A stretch of 56,850 nt of DNA from Octopus bimaculoides (Eukaryota). Position numbers and translations under genes: made by a program. The DNA lies in the NCBI RefSeq assembly GCF_001194135.2, contig NC_068994.1, forward strand, positions 56,657,691-56,714,540. The letters run 5' to 3'. Below are positions 1 to 12,419 of this stretch, piece after piece. The stretch's first letter is position 1. Every line of letters begins with the position of its first letter. A model generated the notes under the pieces. That model was not told where the DNA came from. It made no database searches and worked only from the letters and a program-made list of their open reading frames with translations.

Positions 1-823
1 TATATATAAAACAACAGATGGATAATGGTTCATTCACTACAGCTGTTCCAAACGAATTTTTAATTGATGAACAGAGATATTACGTCATGTGAAAAATAAT
101 CACGTTTTCATTAGGTGAATACACACGAATTACACATTTAAAATATTCCAAAAGTCATACCCGATCTAGGAGATATATAAATATTGCAAATTTAGTTATT
201 TCCCCACAGATTGAAAAAAAAAAACAAAAAAAAAACAAAACAACGAACAGGCTTCATCGATTTCGAAACTTTATTGGATTTCTGCCAGAGGTCTCTACAC
301 CAATTTGACCAATCCCCGAGAAAGAAGCAACCAATCTATTCATAAACTGAACAATTCCAGTAGATGTAGGAAATTGGAACTTCTACTTTGCATACTGTAT
401 GTGATTAACATTTTATTTAATATCGAAGACATGGATTTCATCCCACACAATATCATGATATAATATGATATATATAACCTACATAGCAGATATATGAACG
501 GGCAAATTTAGCTATTTCTATGTAGATTGACAAAATGATGAATTACCCACACATGTTATTTGAGCGAATCACTTTCTGTAGGCGTTCGGTTGTATGCGTT
601 TGTCTTATATGTTAGATAATAAAGTTGTATTGTATTCATGCATATAATACCACATGTGGCTTCAGTATAATATGGTATACGACTATACTATGCATTAAAT
701 TCTGTGTTTTTGATTGTACAGATTTCTCAATGGATGCTTGAGTTTTTTACGTAAGATTTTATGCATTGCATTAATGTGTTTCTCTGTCTATATGAAACAC
801 ACACGCACGCACACGCACGCACG

Positions 824-884
<61 letters not shown>

Positions 885-1009
885 AGAGAGGCACATACAC
901 AAACATTATTTCCTTCCTATATACTTGAAACTTGAGTCTAACAAAGAAACAAAACTAAAATTTGGTGACCAACAATGGCGGAAAAATTAGATCATTTGTT
1001 TTTTTAATT

Positions 1010-1138
1010 GATTCAGTGACTAAACTGTGGCCATGCTGGAGCAGCGCAATGAAGGGGTTAATCGAACAAATCGTCCTCAGTACATTTTTTTTTCTTTTAG
1101 GTTTCGCACTTATTCCATCGGTTCCTTTTGTCGAACCA
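1010..1138 (-). mobile_element. SINE family B, degenerate 3' fragment
   Basis: ttcagtgactaaactgtggccatgctggagcagc...cttattccatcggttccttttgtcgaacc aligns by eye to the family-B 3' ends at 12420-12560 and 16981-17120. Confidence 0.6.
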
Positions 1139-1648
1139 TGAATTTATAAACAATGCAAAACCTGAGGTCCATTTACATATTTGCACCGCGGGCACTAAGT
1201 CTACACAATTCACTTGGTTTCCGAACCCAGCTGAATGGGGTTCGCACCTGTCTTAAGTAATAATTTTACTAGAAAGTCATGCATTCATTTTGCATTGTTC
1301 TGCAACGTGAGATCTTCTGTGAGAAAGGAAGTGCTGAGGCCGCGAAAATGGCGGAATTGTTACCGCGTGGAATAGAATTCTTTGCGATGTTCGTTTCAGG
1401 TCGTTGCGCTCTTCATTGTCGCTTTACGTTCCGTAACATTGCGGCTTCACAAACTAAGTCCGAGGCTGGAATATATATTAGAGTGAGTATGACTCCACCT
1501 CACAGAAGGAATTGCCCCAGCATGGCCTTAACCCAGTGACAAACTAAGGAAAGGAACAGATTAACTTAAAGTGCATACATCCGGATATATCAGCTTGAAC
1601 ATGTCCACACCTCCACTTTTACAGGCAAATTCAAACCAATATACAACA

Positions 1649-1959
1649 TGTTGTTGTCGGCACTCCGTCGGTTACGACGTCGAGGGTTCCAGTTGATCCG
1701 ATCAACGGAACAGCCTGCTCGTGAAATTAACGTGCAAGTGGCTGAGCACTCCACAGACACGTGCACCCTTAACGTAGTTCTCAGGGATATTCAGCGTGAC
1801 CCAGTGTGACAAGGCTGACCCTTTGAATTACAGGCACAACAGAAACAGGAAGTAAGAGTGAGAGAAAGCTGTGGTGGAAGAGTACAGTAGGATTCACCAC
1901 CATCCCCTGCCGGAGCCTTGTGGAGCTTTAGGTGTTTTCGCTCAATAAACACTCACAAC
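1649..1959 (-). mobile_element. SINE family A (tRNA-headed, (AAC)n tail); 5' head lost in N gap
   Basis: Near-identical to 34320-34625 (gttgttggcactccgtcg...gaaattaacgtgcaagtggctgagcactccacagacacg...gtgttttcgctcaataaacactcacaac). It ends at the gap starting at 1960. Confidence 0.9.
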
Positions 1960-2404
1960 NNNNNNNNNNNNNNNNNNNNNNNNNNNNNNNNNNNNNNNNN
2001 NNNNNNNNNNNNNNNNNNNNNNNNNNNNNNNNNNNNNNNNNNNNNNNNNNNNNNNNNNNNNNNNNNNNNNNNNNNNNNNNNNNNNNNNNNNNNNNNNNNN
2101 NNNNNNNNNNNNNNNNNNNNNNNNNNNNNNNNNNNNNNNNNNNNNNNNNNNNNNNNNNNNNNNNNNNNNNNNNNNNNNNNNNNNNNNNNNNNNNNNNNNN
2201 NNNNNNNNNNNNNNNNNNNNNNNNNNNNNNNNNNNNNNNNNNNNNNNNNNNNNNNNNNNNNNNNNNNNNNNNNNNNNNNNNNNNNNNNNNNNNNNNNNNN
2301 NNNNNNNNNNNNNNNNNNNNNNNNNNNNNNTATAGATACATACAAAAAGATATGCATACCGACACATGCACAAATATATAATGTGTTTATATGGATACAT
2401 GCAA

Positions 2405-2419
<15 letters not shown>

Positions 2420-2438
<19 letters not shown>

Positions 2439-2715
2439 GTTTCAAATTTTGACTCAAGGGCAGCAGTTTTTTGTGGGAAGGGGACTAGTCGATTACAGCA
2501 TGCCGCCTTCCCAATAATAATAATAATAATCCTTTCTACTATAAGCACAAGGCCTGAAATTTGGAGGGGAGAGGGCAGTCGATTAAATCGTTCCTAGTTC
2601 ATGACTGGTACTTATTTAATCGCCCTCAGTGGCATTTGAACTCGGAACCTAAAGAGAGAAGAAATGCTGCTAAGCATTTTGCCCGGCGTGCTAACGATTC
2701 TGCCATCTCCCCGCT
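2420..2715 (-). mobile_element. SINE family D, two tandem partial copies abutting (AAT)n
   Basis: actggtacttatttaatcg...atttgaactc...gctaagcattttgcccggcgtgctaacgattctgcca matches 39800-39944. The tails follow (AAT)n runs at 2410 and 2513. Confidence 0.8.
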
Positions 2716-2989
2716 CTGCTAACAATAATAAATGTTCCTGATAAGGGTCCAAGATCAGAAACAATGAGAGGAAGTGGCTCGTCTGTACCCTTGGCCCTAT
2801 TTTCAAGGGTGGGAATCTAGGAGTTTGTAGGAGGACCCTGAATCTCTCCTTTTTCACTTCACTGAAAGAAGTGTTGTGCAGTTTCTAACCCTCATCTCCC
2901 TCCAAACTCAGCTTCTCGGTTCTTAAGGTACTCAGTGTTCCTAACACACATTTTAATTTCAGGTCCCAGCATATGACTGGTACCATTTT

Positions 2990-3225
2990 TTATCGACTAA
3001 TAATAACGGTTTCTAATTTAGGCACAAAGCCAGCAATTTCTAGAAGAGGGGGACAGTCGAAAGCATTAATCTCTGTATTTGACTGCAATTTATTTTGTCA
3101 ATCTCGAGACGATGACAGGCAAAGTTGACTGCAGCAGGATTCGATCTGAGAACATAAAGATTTGAGGTAAAAGAAAAAAAAAAATGGCAAGCAATATCTT
3201 TTTCCGACGTTCTAACGATTTTGCA
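2990..3225 (-). mobile_element. SINE family D, degenerate copy
   Basis: ggcacaaagccagcaatttc...ggcaaagttgactgcagcaggattcgatct...ctaacgattttgc is similar to 45175-45305. Confidence 0.65.
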
Positions 3226-3859
3226 TTCTGTCTGTGTGTGCGTGTGAATGTTGTCGAGAGATTGGGAATAGACGAGAGAGAGGGGGGAGAGGGGGGAGTA
3301 CATAGGTAAAAAAGAAAATCGATGTTCTATTGATAATGCGTGATAATAACTCATGAAGATGACACCTTTGGAGATCCGTGAAATACGATCAGATGATTGA
3401 TATTAATCGATCATAATTACACACACATATACAGACACACACACACACACACATATACACAAACATATATACATATATATATGTATATATACATATACAT
3501 ACACATATATATATATATATATATATACATACACACATCTATAATACATTTATGTACACACACACATATGTCTACACTTACTCATACATATATACCTATA
3601 TCAACATACATGTACAAACACGTAACTATCAATCTGCTTCCCCTACCACCACCACCACTATCGCTCACAGTGAAAATTAATCGATACTGAATCACCAATG
3701 AGTAAGAGATGATGCTGCATTGTTTGATCAGTAAAAAAAATTGAACGTTACTATGACGAGTTCGCGCCTGATTGGCTCCCATTTGCTATTTTTTTTATTA
3801 TTATTCATAATACCTGGGAGCGGAATCTAGTGGACTGAAGCCGGACAAAGGCCAGTTAC

Positions 3860-3987
3860 ATCTCTCTCTCTCTCTCTCCATCTCTCTCTCTCTCCATCTC
3901 TCTCTCTCTCTCCATCTCTCTCTCTCTCTCTCTCCATCTCTCTCTCTCTCTCTCCATCTCTCTCTCTCTCTCCATCTCTCTCTCTAG
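3860..3987. repeat. Compound (CT)n microsatellite with regularly spaced CCAT interruptions
   Basis: Repeated (tc)n-catc units read directly from the sequence. Confidence 0.95.
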
Positions 3988-4359
3988 ACAAACGTTTGTA
4001 TACGTGCAAGTCTGTGTACCTGTGTTCATATTTATGCCGGTCAAAATACCGTTGTAGTGGCCATGCAAGGAGGGCCCTATCTATGCATCATGTAACTTAA
4101 CGGTTCGACAAATAGTTAGGGTGATAATATATGTACCAAGCTGAAATAAGAAGTACGGCAGAGCGGATACGATTGATTGAAAGCATTTAAATATGGTGCT
4201 CCAGCATGGACACAGTCCAATAACTAAAACTAGTAATAGGATAAACAAGATTATTGTGAGTCAGACTTTGCATGCGGAGAGAGGGGGGGATCGGGGAGGG
4301 ATCGGGGAGGGAGATGGAGGAGCGGGGGAGTGTGCGCGCGTGCGTAGCTTTTGGTATTA

Positions 4360-4920
4360 CCTTGTGACACTATGGCATAGATGTGATTTCTGTTTTAGAT
4401 AAGACTCAAAAGGTGCTACGGCACGCCTTAGATGCGTCACATCACGCGCTAAAGCTCTGCCGTGTGCATGTGACCCAATGTCCTTCCTTACACATGACAT
4501 CTTGTATTAGACGTGGCACCCCGCACTAGGTATGTCGCATATGTGACAAGCTTTACGAATCTGAAAGCTTGTATTAAATGTATGTTACACGCCTGGATTG
4601 ATTGCGACACAATAGATGGATATGACGGAATGTATTCGCTGCAACACCATGGATTAGATGAAAAAAACCATGGACTAAATGTCACAGCGTATTAAAGCTG
4701 TGGCTATATAACGGATGTGACACCATATACTGGATGTGGCACACTACACCAAATGTGACGCCATACAATTCGATGTAGAACCATGTACAAAATATGACAC
4801 CTTGTAATGGATGTTACAAGCTGTACGAAAGCGACACGAATGTGTAAATGTGACATCACGTGCTGGATATGGTACCCAAAGACTTGATGTGAATTCATGT
4901 AATTAGATCTGACCATCTAG
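4360..4920. repeat. Degenerate ~19-bp minisatellite, consensus ~GATGTGACACCATGTACTG
   Basis: Unit starts at 4714, 4733, 4752, 4772, 4791, 4810, 4829, 4847, 4866, 4886 and 4906. Looser copies run back to about 4360. Confidence 0.8.
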
Positions 4921-5112
4921 TCGAGGTTAGAGATATTGGGTTCAGTGAAGTCTCATGTGACACATTGAACTAGTTCGGATTTTAACAAAGTGTCTCTAGT
5001 AAGTCTGCAACTGAGCTCTCAAGCTACAGAACGCCCAGTTGCTTACATGTCTCCCCACCATCACCTTGTTTAGAAATAACCTCAAATGTAACAAGTTAGC
5101 GACCAAATAACA

Positions 5113-5240
5113 AGAGACCCTCCAGACTGCAGAGTGACCCACTAGATTGCAGAGTGACCTATTGGATTGCAAGGCAAACCGTTGGATTAGAGAGTGACCC
5201 ACCGTTTTGCAAGTGAGTTACAGACATTGCATGTGAATCC
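5113..5240. repeat. Degenerate 20-bp minisatellite, consensus ~GAGTGACCCACTAGATTGCA
   Basis: Units start at 5132, 5152, 5172, 5192 and 5212. Confidence 0.85.
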
Positions 5241-5484
5241 ACTCACCTAGAACTAACCGACCGATCTGGGTATTTAACACATGAAACCATCGGTAGGGTG
5301 AATTGAGAGAATGAGCTAATGTGCTACAAGCAATAAATTGACCGTGTGGTGTTTACAAGTGATCGTGATCCAATCAGCTACAAGCGACATCGCGATTGAA
5401 GGGCATCAGACCGGTTTCTACGCCATGTTGGAAGACAACAGAAAACGTACTAATGATGTGTCTTCTGTGCATAAGATGGCGAAT

Positions 5485-5710
5485 AAATCGCTACGTGGTC
5501 GCTAACTTTGCTGAAAATAACGACCAAATCTTCATCAATTCGCGTCAAACTGTCATAAACGACTAAAACAAACAAGCAGAACGACCGTGAAGTAATGTAG
5601 TTAGATAGACGGTGTCTAAGAAAACAAAGGACAAAATGGCCCCAGCTGGAGCACTTGTCATCGAAAGTCTGCTGGATCAAGCCAGAGGTGGGTTTAAACA
5701 ACAACACTAA
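5485..5710 (+). mobile_element. SINE-like family C (TAGAAATAGCAGCCAAA...GCTGACCTGGGG-(AAC)n), degenerate
   Basis: gtcgctaactttgctgaaaataacgaccaaatcttc...aatgtagttagatag...atggccccagctggag...gtctgctggatcaag...taaacaacaac aligns to 10710-10895. Confidence 0.6.
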
Positions 5711-5789
5711 CAAACAGTAAAGCTTTTGATAAAAATATTAAGGGGTCGCTACTAAAAGGGACCGATGAAGTTTTAAACAGAATTGTTGA

Positions 5790-5960
5790 ATTTTATTCTT
5801 AGATCAGTTCTGTTTCCGTTGAGTAAACGTATGACTAATGGTGATCCAACCGTGACCATCTCGTTTGCTTTTCTTATCAGGTAATCTTTCGTTTGTTTAA
5901 AGTTGATTGGTTATAATTTTTTCAGTCAAATCGAGTTGCTATTTTTAGCAAACTGAGTAA
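5790..5960 (-). mobile_element. Family C degenerate copy, inverted relative to 5485-5710
   Basis: ccaaccgtgaccatctcgttt (also at 51716-51735) and ttgctatttttagcaa are reverse complements of family-C motifs. Confidence 0.5.
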
Positions 5961-6790
5961 CAGTATATATGGTCTCTGGTTGAATAAGAAACACTTTCTT
6001 GTTGATCATGATTTTCTTCTCTGTCCCCAGGTCAGCTTTGGTCAAGCTGACCTGCGAAGAACAAATACAAAAAACAAAAAAAAAACAAAAAAAAAAAAGA
6101 ACCCTGATGTTTTAAGACTTTCCAAACTCCCAACATAGGAAATATATGTGTAGAATTGTGAAGAATAATTATGTCTAGGTAAGCGTGTGTGTGTGAGCGA
6201 GTGTGTGTGTCCGTTTGAACTTGTGTGTGTCTCTGTGGTTATGTGTTTATGCATGTAAGTAACGAGCGTGTTAGTTTTAATGTATTAATATGTCTACGAA
6301 CTTATGCATGTATGTTATGCTGTCATCTATCTATGTATATGGCTGCTATGTACCTCAGCATGCATATAAGTTATACGCGTAAAGTATGTATGGACGGATG
6401 GTATGCATGGTATGCAGGACTTTAGCATTCTCTTCGTGTGTGCTTTTCGCGAAACAACACAATAACGAGAAGACTGCAGAAACTAATATACTTAGTACAT
6501 TGTTGTGTGTGTGTGTGTTTATGTTCCGTTATTGTACAAACAGTTTTCTATTTATCTAATGAATTACTCAATGTTTTCGTAGGGTACAAGTTTATTATTA
6601 TGAAGCAAGACTATTATTGACAGTAACTTCGAAATTTCCGCCAGTGAAGCTATCATCAGACTGCGGTTAGAATAACTAAAATTCACACATACACACACAT
6701 CAATGGAAGCTAAACAGTTATCTATGTGTGTGTGTATGTACACATACAATATTGATATTTTCCTTTGTTCAACTATATTCTATAATCCAT

Positions 6791-6824
<34 letters not shown>

Positions 6825-7238
6825 ATATAATGTACGCACCAACATACATACCTACGCATGCTACGGAGTCATAAATATTTGGACGCTCGTAGTTTCACAC
6901 GTGTATACGTTGACTCGCGTGCACATATTTACACTGAAACACGCACACACACACCTACATACAAACACACATAGCATAGGCGAACATGACAAACAAGGTG
7001 GAAAACATAGCACCCGAATAATACCAACTACTGTGTGTGTGTGTGTGAGAGTGTGTGTGTGTGTGTGTGTGAGTGTGCACACAGAGAGGCGCATATCTCA
7101 TGTACACAAAATATACACAGAGAAGTGCGTTTTTGGAGTCGCGCACCTGCACACACTCACACGGAAATACGTGAATTCAGTTTGGTAGCAACTGTGTGCG
7201 GTAGGAATCCACTGAGTATTTAGCCGTGTGTGCGTGAC

Positions 7239-7279
<41 letters not shown>

Positions 7280-7637
7280 TGAATGTGTAAGTGTATGATC
7301 ATAGCGTTCTTATATAAATATTCAGCCCACCAAACCAGATACACACACACATACACACAAAGAAGAAGAAATGCAATCCAAGTACACATTGTATCTGTAT
7401 GAATGTTACGATGTCTATTTTGCATACAGACACGTACATCTCAGTCTCGCATTGCGATAAACTATGTGTGTAGAACTTCTGTTGCAGTATATACTCGCGT
7501 TACGTTGTGTGTATGTATGTATGTATGTATGTACGTACGTATGTATGTATGTGTGTGTGTATGTATATATGGCTTAATAAGTACCAACGAACGAAGCTGT
7601 CGGTACTTGAGTCACTCTACAACTTCTGCCGATTAAA

Positions 7638-7698
<61 letters not shown>

Positions 7699-7792
7699 TT
7701 GATATACTCCTGTTTTGAGCATTATTGTTTCTGCTTGTACCACGAAACATTACACAAACACACACATATGTGCGTGCGTGTGTGTGTGCATA

Positions 7793-7848
<56 letters not shown>

Positions 7849-8072
7849 TACAAATAAATTGATACATACAAACATAAATTATGAAATACATAGTCAAAGC
7901 AACACATATACATAAATATATATACATACGCAAACTACACAAACTTAGTCACACGCATTCAGTCATACACACACACACACGCGCACACGCGCGGTCGCTT
8001 TCTTTCTCTTTCCATTCTCATATTCTCTCGAACGCGCATGAAAGTATTGGAACAAGACAAATTCGAACTTAC

Positions 8073-8099
8073 CTCCAATGGATATCTGACTGATGTCAT
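8073..8099 (-). CDS. Candidate first coding exon, MTSVRYPLE, of an unidentified minus-strand gene
   Basis: Minus strand reads aagcaattATG ACA TCA GTC AGA TAT CCA TTG GAG|gtaagt, a perfect U2 donor in phase 0. About 400 nt of A-rich, UTR-like sequence precedes it. I do not recognise a homologue. Confidence 0.3.
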
Positions 8100-8657
8100 A
8101 ATTGCTTATGTTTGTTTGTTTGTTTGTTTGTTTGTTTAAACTTTCATTGTTTTTGATTTTGTGTTGTTTTCGTTTTGCTTTTTCTTTCTCTTCAGCAAAT
8201 ATTTTTTTTCTGTTTTTTTTTAAAATTTATATATTTATTTATTTATTTATTTTTAAAATTACTTTTTTGGTTTTACTCCAGCCAGCCATGTTATTATCAA
8301 CACCGTTGCCGAAGCCTCCTCCATCGTCATCTCTCACAACTGCTACTACTACGACGACCACCACCACAACTACTACTACTACTACTACTACACCACTGCT
8401 GCTTCACACCACGTACCTCCTCCCCACCACCTCTCCCCTCCTCCTCCTTCCTTCTTTCTCTCGGACTGGCGGCGACGAAAAAACAGCGAAAAAAGAAAAC
8501 TCAAAGATGTTATGTATCTGTGTGTGTGTGCGTGTGTGTTTGTAACTGTATCGATCTATCGATCTACCTGTCTATATATCACTGTATAGATATATATAGA
8601 TTGGTATACTTGCAAATAGGTAGGAATCCCAAACAGGTGTGTGTAAAATCTACGGAC

Positions 8658-8701
<44 letters not shown>

Positions 8702-9099
8702 NNNNNNNNNNNNNNNNNNNNNNNNNNNNNNNNNNNNNNNNNNNNNNNNNNNNNNNNNNNNNNNNNNNNNNNNNNNNNNNNNNNNNNNNNNNNNNNNNNN
8801 NNNNNNNNNNNNNNNNNNNNNNNNNNNNNNNNNNNNNNNNNNNNNNNNNNNNNNNNNNNNNNNNNNNNNNNNNNNNNNNNNNNNNNNNNNNNNNNNNNNN
8901 NNNNNNNNNNNNNNNNNNNNNNNNNNNNNNNNNNNNNNNNNNNNNNNNNNNNNNNNNNNNNNNNNNNNNNNNNNNNNNNNNNNNNNNNNNNNNNNNNNNN
9001 NNNNNNNNNNNNNNNNNNNNNNNNNNNNNNNNNNNNNNNNNNNNNNNNNNNNNNNNNNNNNNNNNNNNNNNNNNNNNNNNNNNNNNNNNNNNNNNNNNN

Positions 9100-9166
<67 letters not shown>

Positions 9167-9557
9167 ATGTATGTAGTTGTGTGTTAGGGTATACTGTATG
9201 TGTATGTTATGAAATTGTAAATTACTGTGAAAGCGTGTTTAATCAATCAATGAAATCAATCTATGCATTGATGATATATAGATTGGTAGACAATTAGATA
9301 GATCGATAGATAGGCACGTACCACATTGAATAACTATCTTTACTTATCTTGTATTTTTCTTTTTTTCTTTGTTTTGTTTTACTTTCTTCTCAGTCTCGAC
9401 GGGATGGGCGTATGTGGAGGTGATGGTGGGTTCTATCACCAATGATACATATGCGTGTCTATGTGTCTTTGTTTTGTACATATATATACATATACATATA
9501 TATATTATATACCTGTGCACGCGTGTTTATATATGCGTATATCTGTGTATTATATAC

Positions 9558-9596
<39 letters not shown>

Positions 9597-9992
9597 GTGT
9601 GTGTGTTTATAAGTAGGGGCTGCAGGGAAAGACGAAGAAATGTAGAAATGTCTGCATATATATGTATATATGCATATATGTATGTATGTATGTATGCGTG
9701 TAAATATGCACTTATGTAGGTAAGTGGGAGGTGGGAGGAGATGAAGTAAAGGAGGAGGAGGAGGTGATTCTCTTTCTACCCCTCGCCCTCTCTGTCTCTC
9801 TTCTTTTATCACTCTCTCTCTCTCTCTCTTTCTCTCTACCTTTCTATCACGTCCTTTGAATAAATCCGTCCAATTTTCACCTTTCTTTCTTCCTCTCTTT
9901 CTCTCAGGTATGTTTTGCCTTTTGGTTATTTTTGAGGTGTGTTTAACCCAGCAATGGTGTTTTTTCTTTTCATATACGTATTATACATACAT

Positions 9993-10058
<66 letters not shown>

Positions 10059-10454
10059 TCGCTCACACACACACGGAAGGAGGAATATGTATGTATGAAT
10101 GTATGTGTGTAGAATTCTTTTTTATATATATACTTTTTGTACTTTTTTTTTAGGTGTTTTTTTTTTATGTGCTGGTTTAAGTGACCAGAATGTGTATATT
10201 GTGGCAATAATAACAACAATAATGATAATATATGCACTCCGATTTGGGCGACGACCACGAGAAATACCGGTACTTCATACCGAACGAGCGGTTTGCCGAG
10301 ATATTTGGAAGCAAGTATCAACAACAACCGACCAGCAGCAGCAACTGCAGCAGCCCTAATCAACAACTAGAGCAGTAGTAGCAGCAGCAGTAGCAGCAGC
10401 GGCTACGATAACAGAAATACCACCAGCAGCAATGGTGCTGTAGACGAGCCGATA

Positions 10455-10895
10455 TAGGCTCCGGAGAGACCGGCTAGAAATAGCAGCTAAATTTCCTTTA
10501 AATCATTACAGAATGTTTTTTTTTTTGTTCTTTTTTTTTTCGATAATGTTATGGATTTACTAAAATGTACGGGTGAGTCACGGCTGGAATCGTTTTGACC
10601 ACGGGTCTACTAGAAAGGGGACAGACCGGTGGTTACACAACTACGACAACATGAACGACGGCGTAAGCGAGCGCTGAGAAAACATCGTCAGGAACAGCGA
10701 CGATGGGAACGACTCGTTTGTTAGACATAGCAGCCAAATCTCACTCATTTCGATCTCTGCTGGTCTTAACCAGGATTCTTCGCACTACGTAGACTCGGGG
10801 GTAGACAGTGCATGAAAAAACGAGGTGGTCATGGCTAGAACACCCTTGATTAAGAGGTCTGCTTAGATCAGAACGGACCGGGACAAAATAACTAC
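10455..10895 (+). mobile_element. Two tandem family C copies (about 10455-10650 and 10710-10895)
   Basis: Both carry tag(a/c)aatagcagc(t/c)aaat and gtca(c/t)ggct(g/a)gaa...ggtct(a/g)ct motifs and end near AAC/TAC runs. Confidence 0.65.
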
Positions 10896-10918
10896 AAAAT
10901 CAATAATTGCTGCTGCTG

Positions 10919-10949
<31 letters not shown>

Positions 10950-11019
10950 ACACACACACACACACACACACACAGCAAATAGAATAAGATCAATGTCAAG
11001 GATGGATGTGATGGATGCA

Positions 11020-11485
11020 GGATGGCGGAGCGGTTAAGACACTCGTTTCGTAATCTCGAGGCTTCGGGTTCGGTCTCCACTGCGTGGTTACTTTAAAAAA
11101 AGTTTTATTTTCTTCTTCTTTGTGTGTGATAAGAAGTTTGCTTCTTCAGCACGTGGTTCATCGCTCAATCCAACTTCGTGATACTTTGGTCAAGTGTCTG
11201 CTACTATTGGCCCGGACTGACTACAGCCTTGTGAGTCAGTTTGGTAGACAGAAAAAGAAAGAAGACCGTCTCTCTCTCTCTCTCTCTCTCTTACACACAC
11301 ACATGTATGTATGTATGTATGTATGCGTGTGTATGTGTGTATAAAAGCACAGGCGTGGCTGTGTGGTAAGAGTTTGCTTCCAACCACACTGTTCTGGTTT
11401 CAGTTCCACTGCGTGGCCCATTGAGCAGGTGTTTTCTACTATAGCCTCGCGCCAATCGAGGCCTCATAAGTCGATTTGGCGGCCA
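11020..11485 (+). mobile_element. Cluster of three family B head fragments
   Basis: A-box/B-box-like heads (tggcggagcggttaag...gggttcggtctcc; gcgtggctgtgtggtaag...tttcagttcc), followed by caagtgtc..ctactat(a/t)gcc core motifs. Confidence 0.7.
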
Positions 11486-12419
11486 GACGACATTCTTCCC
11501 CCAACGGGGGAATGAACAACGCGTGCTTTCTGCAAGCACTTAGTGTTTTCAAATGAAAACTCCAACAGCTACGAAATTCAAAAATCTAACAAACAGCAGT
11601 TATTAGAAACAGCAGTTATTATAAATAATAACACCAAGAAACAGAAATGTTCACCACGAACACATGTGCGACGCGTAACAAACAAAACTCACGGAGACGT
11701 TATATCGCTAAGTAGTTCGACTGGTGTGCTATCGTTTCTGCCAGCTCACCGCCCTCGCTTATTACTTCAATTTAAATAGTAATTATGACACAAAGGAAAA
11801 ATAAATGGTATGATATTCACGATTAGGACACTTTTAAATTGGAAATGCATAAAAATAAAAACATTACTTCCAACTAAAATACAAAACTACAAAAAAAAAA
11901 AAAAGTCCGTCGCTTAAAACAGTCAACATTATGAAATTGTACTTTAATGCCAATAGCAGCTACCCACGTTTGAGACGGAAAATTTTTTGAATTAAATAAT
12001 TTATGCAAAATGAAATTATTGATTTTAACACAATCGTTATCCTAACCTCCCAACCTTAACTCGAAACCTTAATCACACGCTTTTAACCCTAAATACGAAT
12101 CGAAACTCACGGGACATTGTTTCTTCGGAATTATTTTTTAATAATGCAGATCTTTTCAGGTGAAACGAATTAACCAACTTAATTTCTATTTGGAAAATTT
12201 CCTATTTTGGACTTGAAACTCCGAGATATCTCCGAGTTTTTTTTTTTCTCTCTAATTAACGCATTTGTAATTATCAATGTAGTATATTGGTGATACAGTC
12301 AAAGTAATTAATCTCAGAGTATACACAGACGCTCGAACTAATACTGCGACGTAATCTCCACTCTCCCAACTCACTTACTTTCGCACCATCTACTGGTTAC
12401 ATTTCACTAACCCCAGTTT

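Noticed and set aside
1140-1560. GC-richer unique segment with hairpin gaacccagctgaatggggttc and aaaATGGCGG context, considered as snRNA, Helitron end or first exon
   Set aside because: It does not match U1, U2, U4, U5, U6, U11, U12, 7SL or 7SK sequences I can recall. There is no CTRR right after the hairpin and only a weak donor (tcag|gtcgtt).
5636-5687. Apparent first exon aaaATG-MAPAGALVIESLLDQAR-AG|gtgggt with upstream CCAAT and YY1-like motifs
   Set aside because: The stretch aligns to the 3' end of SINE-like family C (compare 10825-10895) and ends in that family's (AAC)n tail, so the start codon and donor are probably incidental.
6031-6178. Plus-strand exon-like segment with acceptor tgtccccag| and donor AG|gtaagc, ending ATG TCT AG
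   Set aside because: The acceptor lies in a family C remnant (ccccaggtcagc hairpin), and I found no in-phase downstream coding exon. Exonisation is possible but unsupported.
10645-10725. Charged peptide frame QHERRRKRALRKHRQEQRRWERLVC
   Set aside because: It is short, bounded by stops, lacks convincing splice sites, and is wedged between two family C copies.
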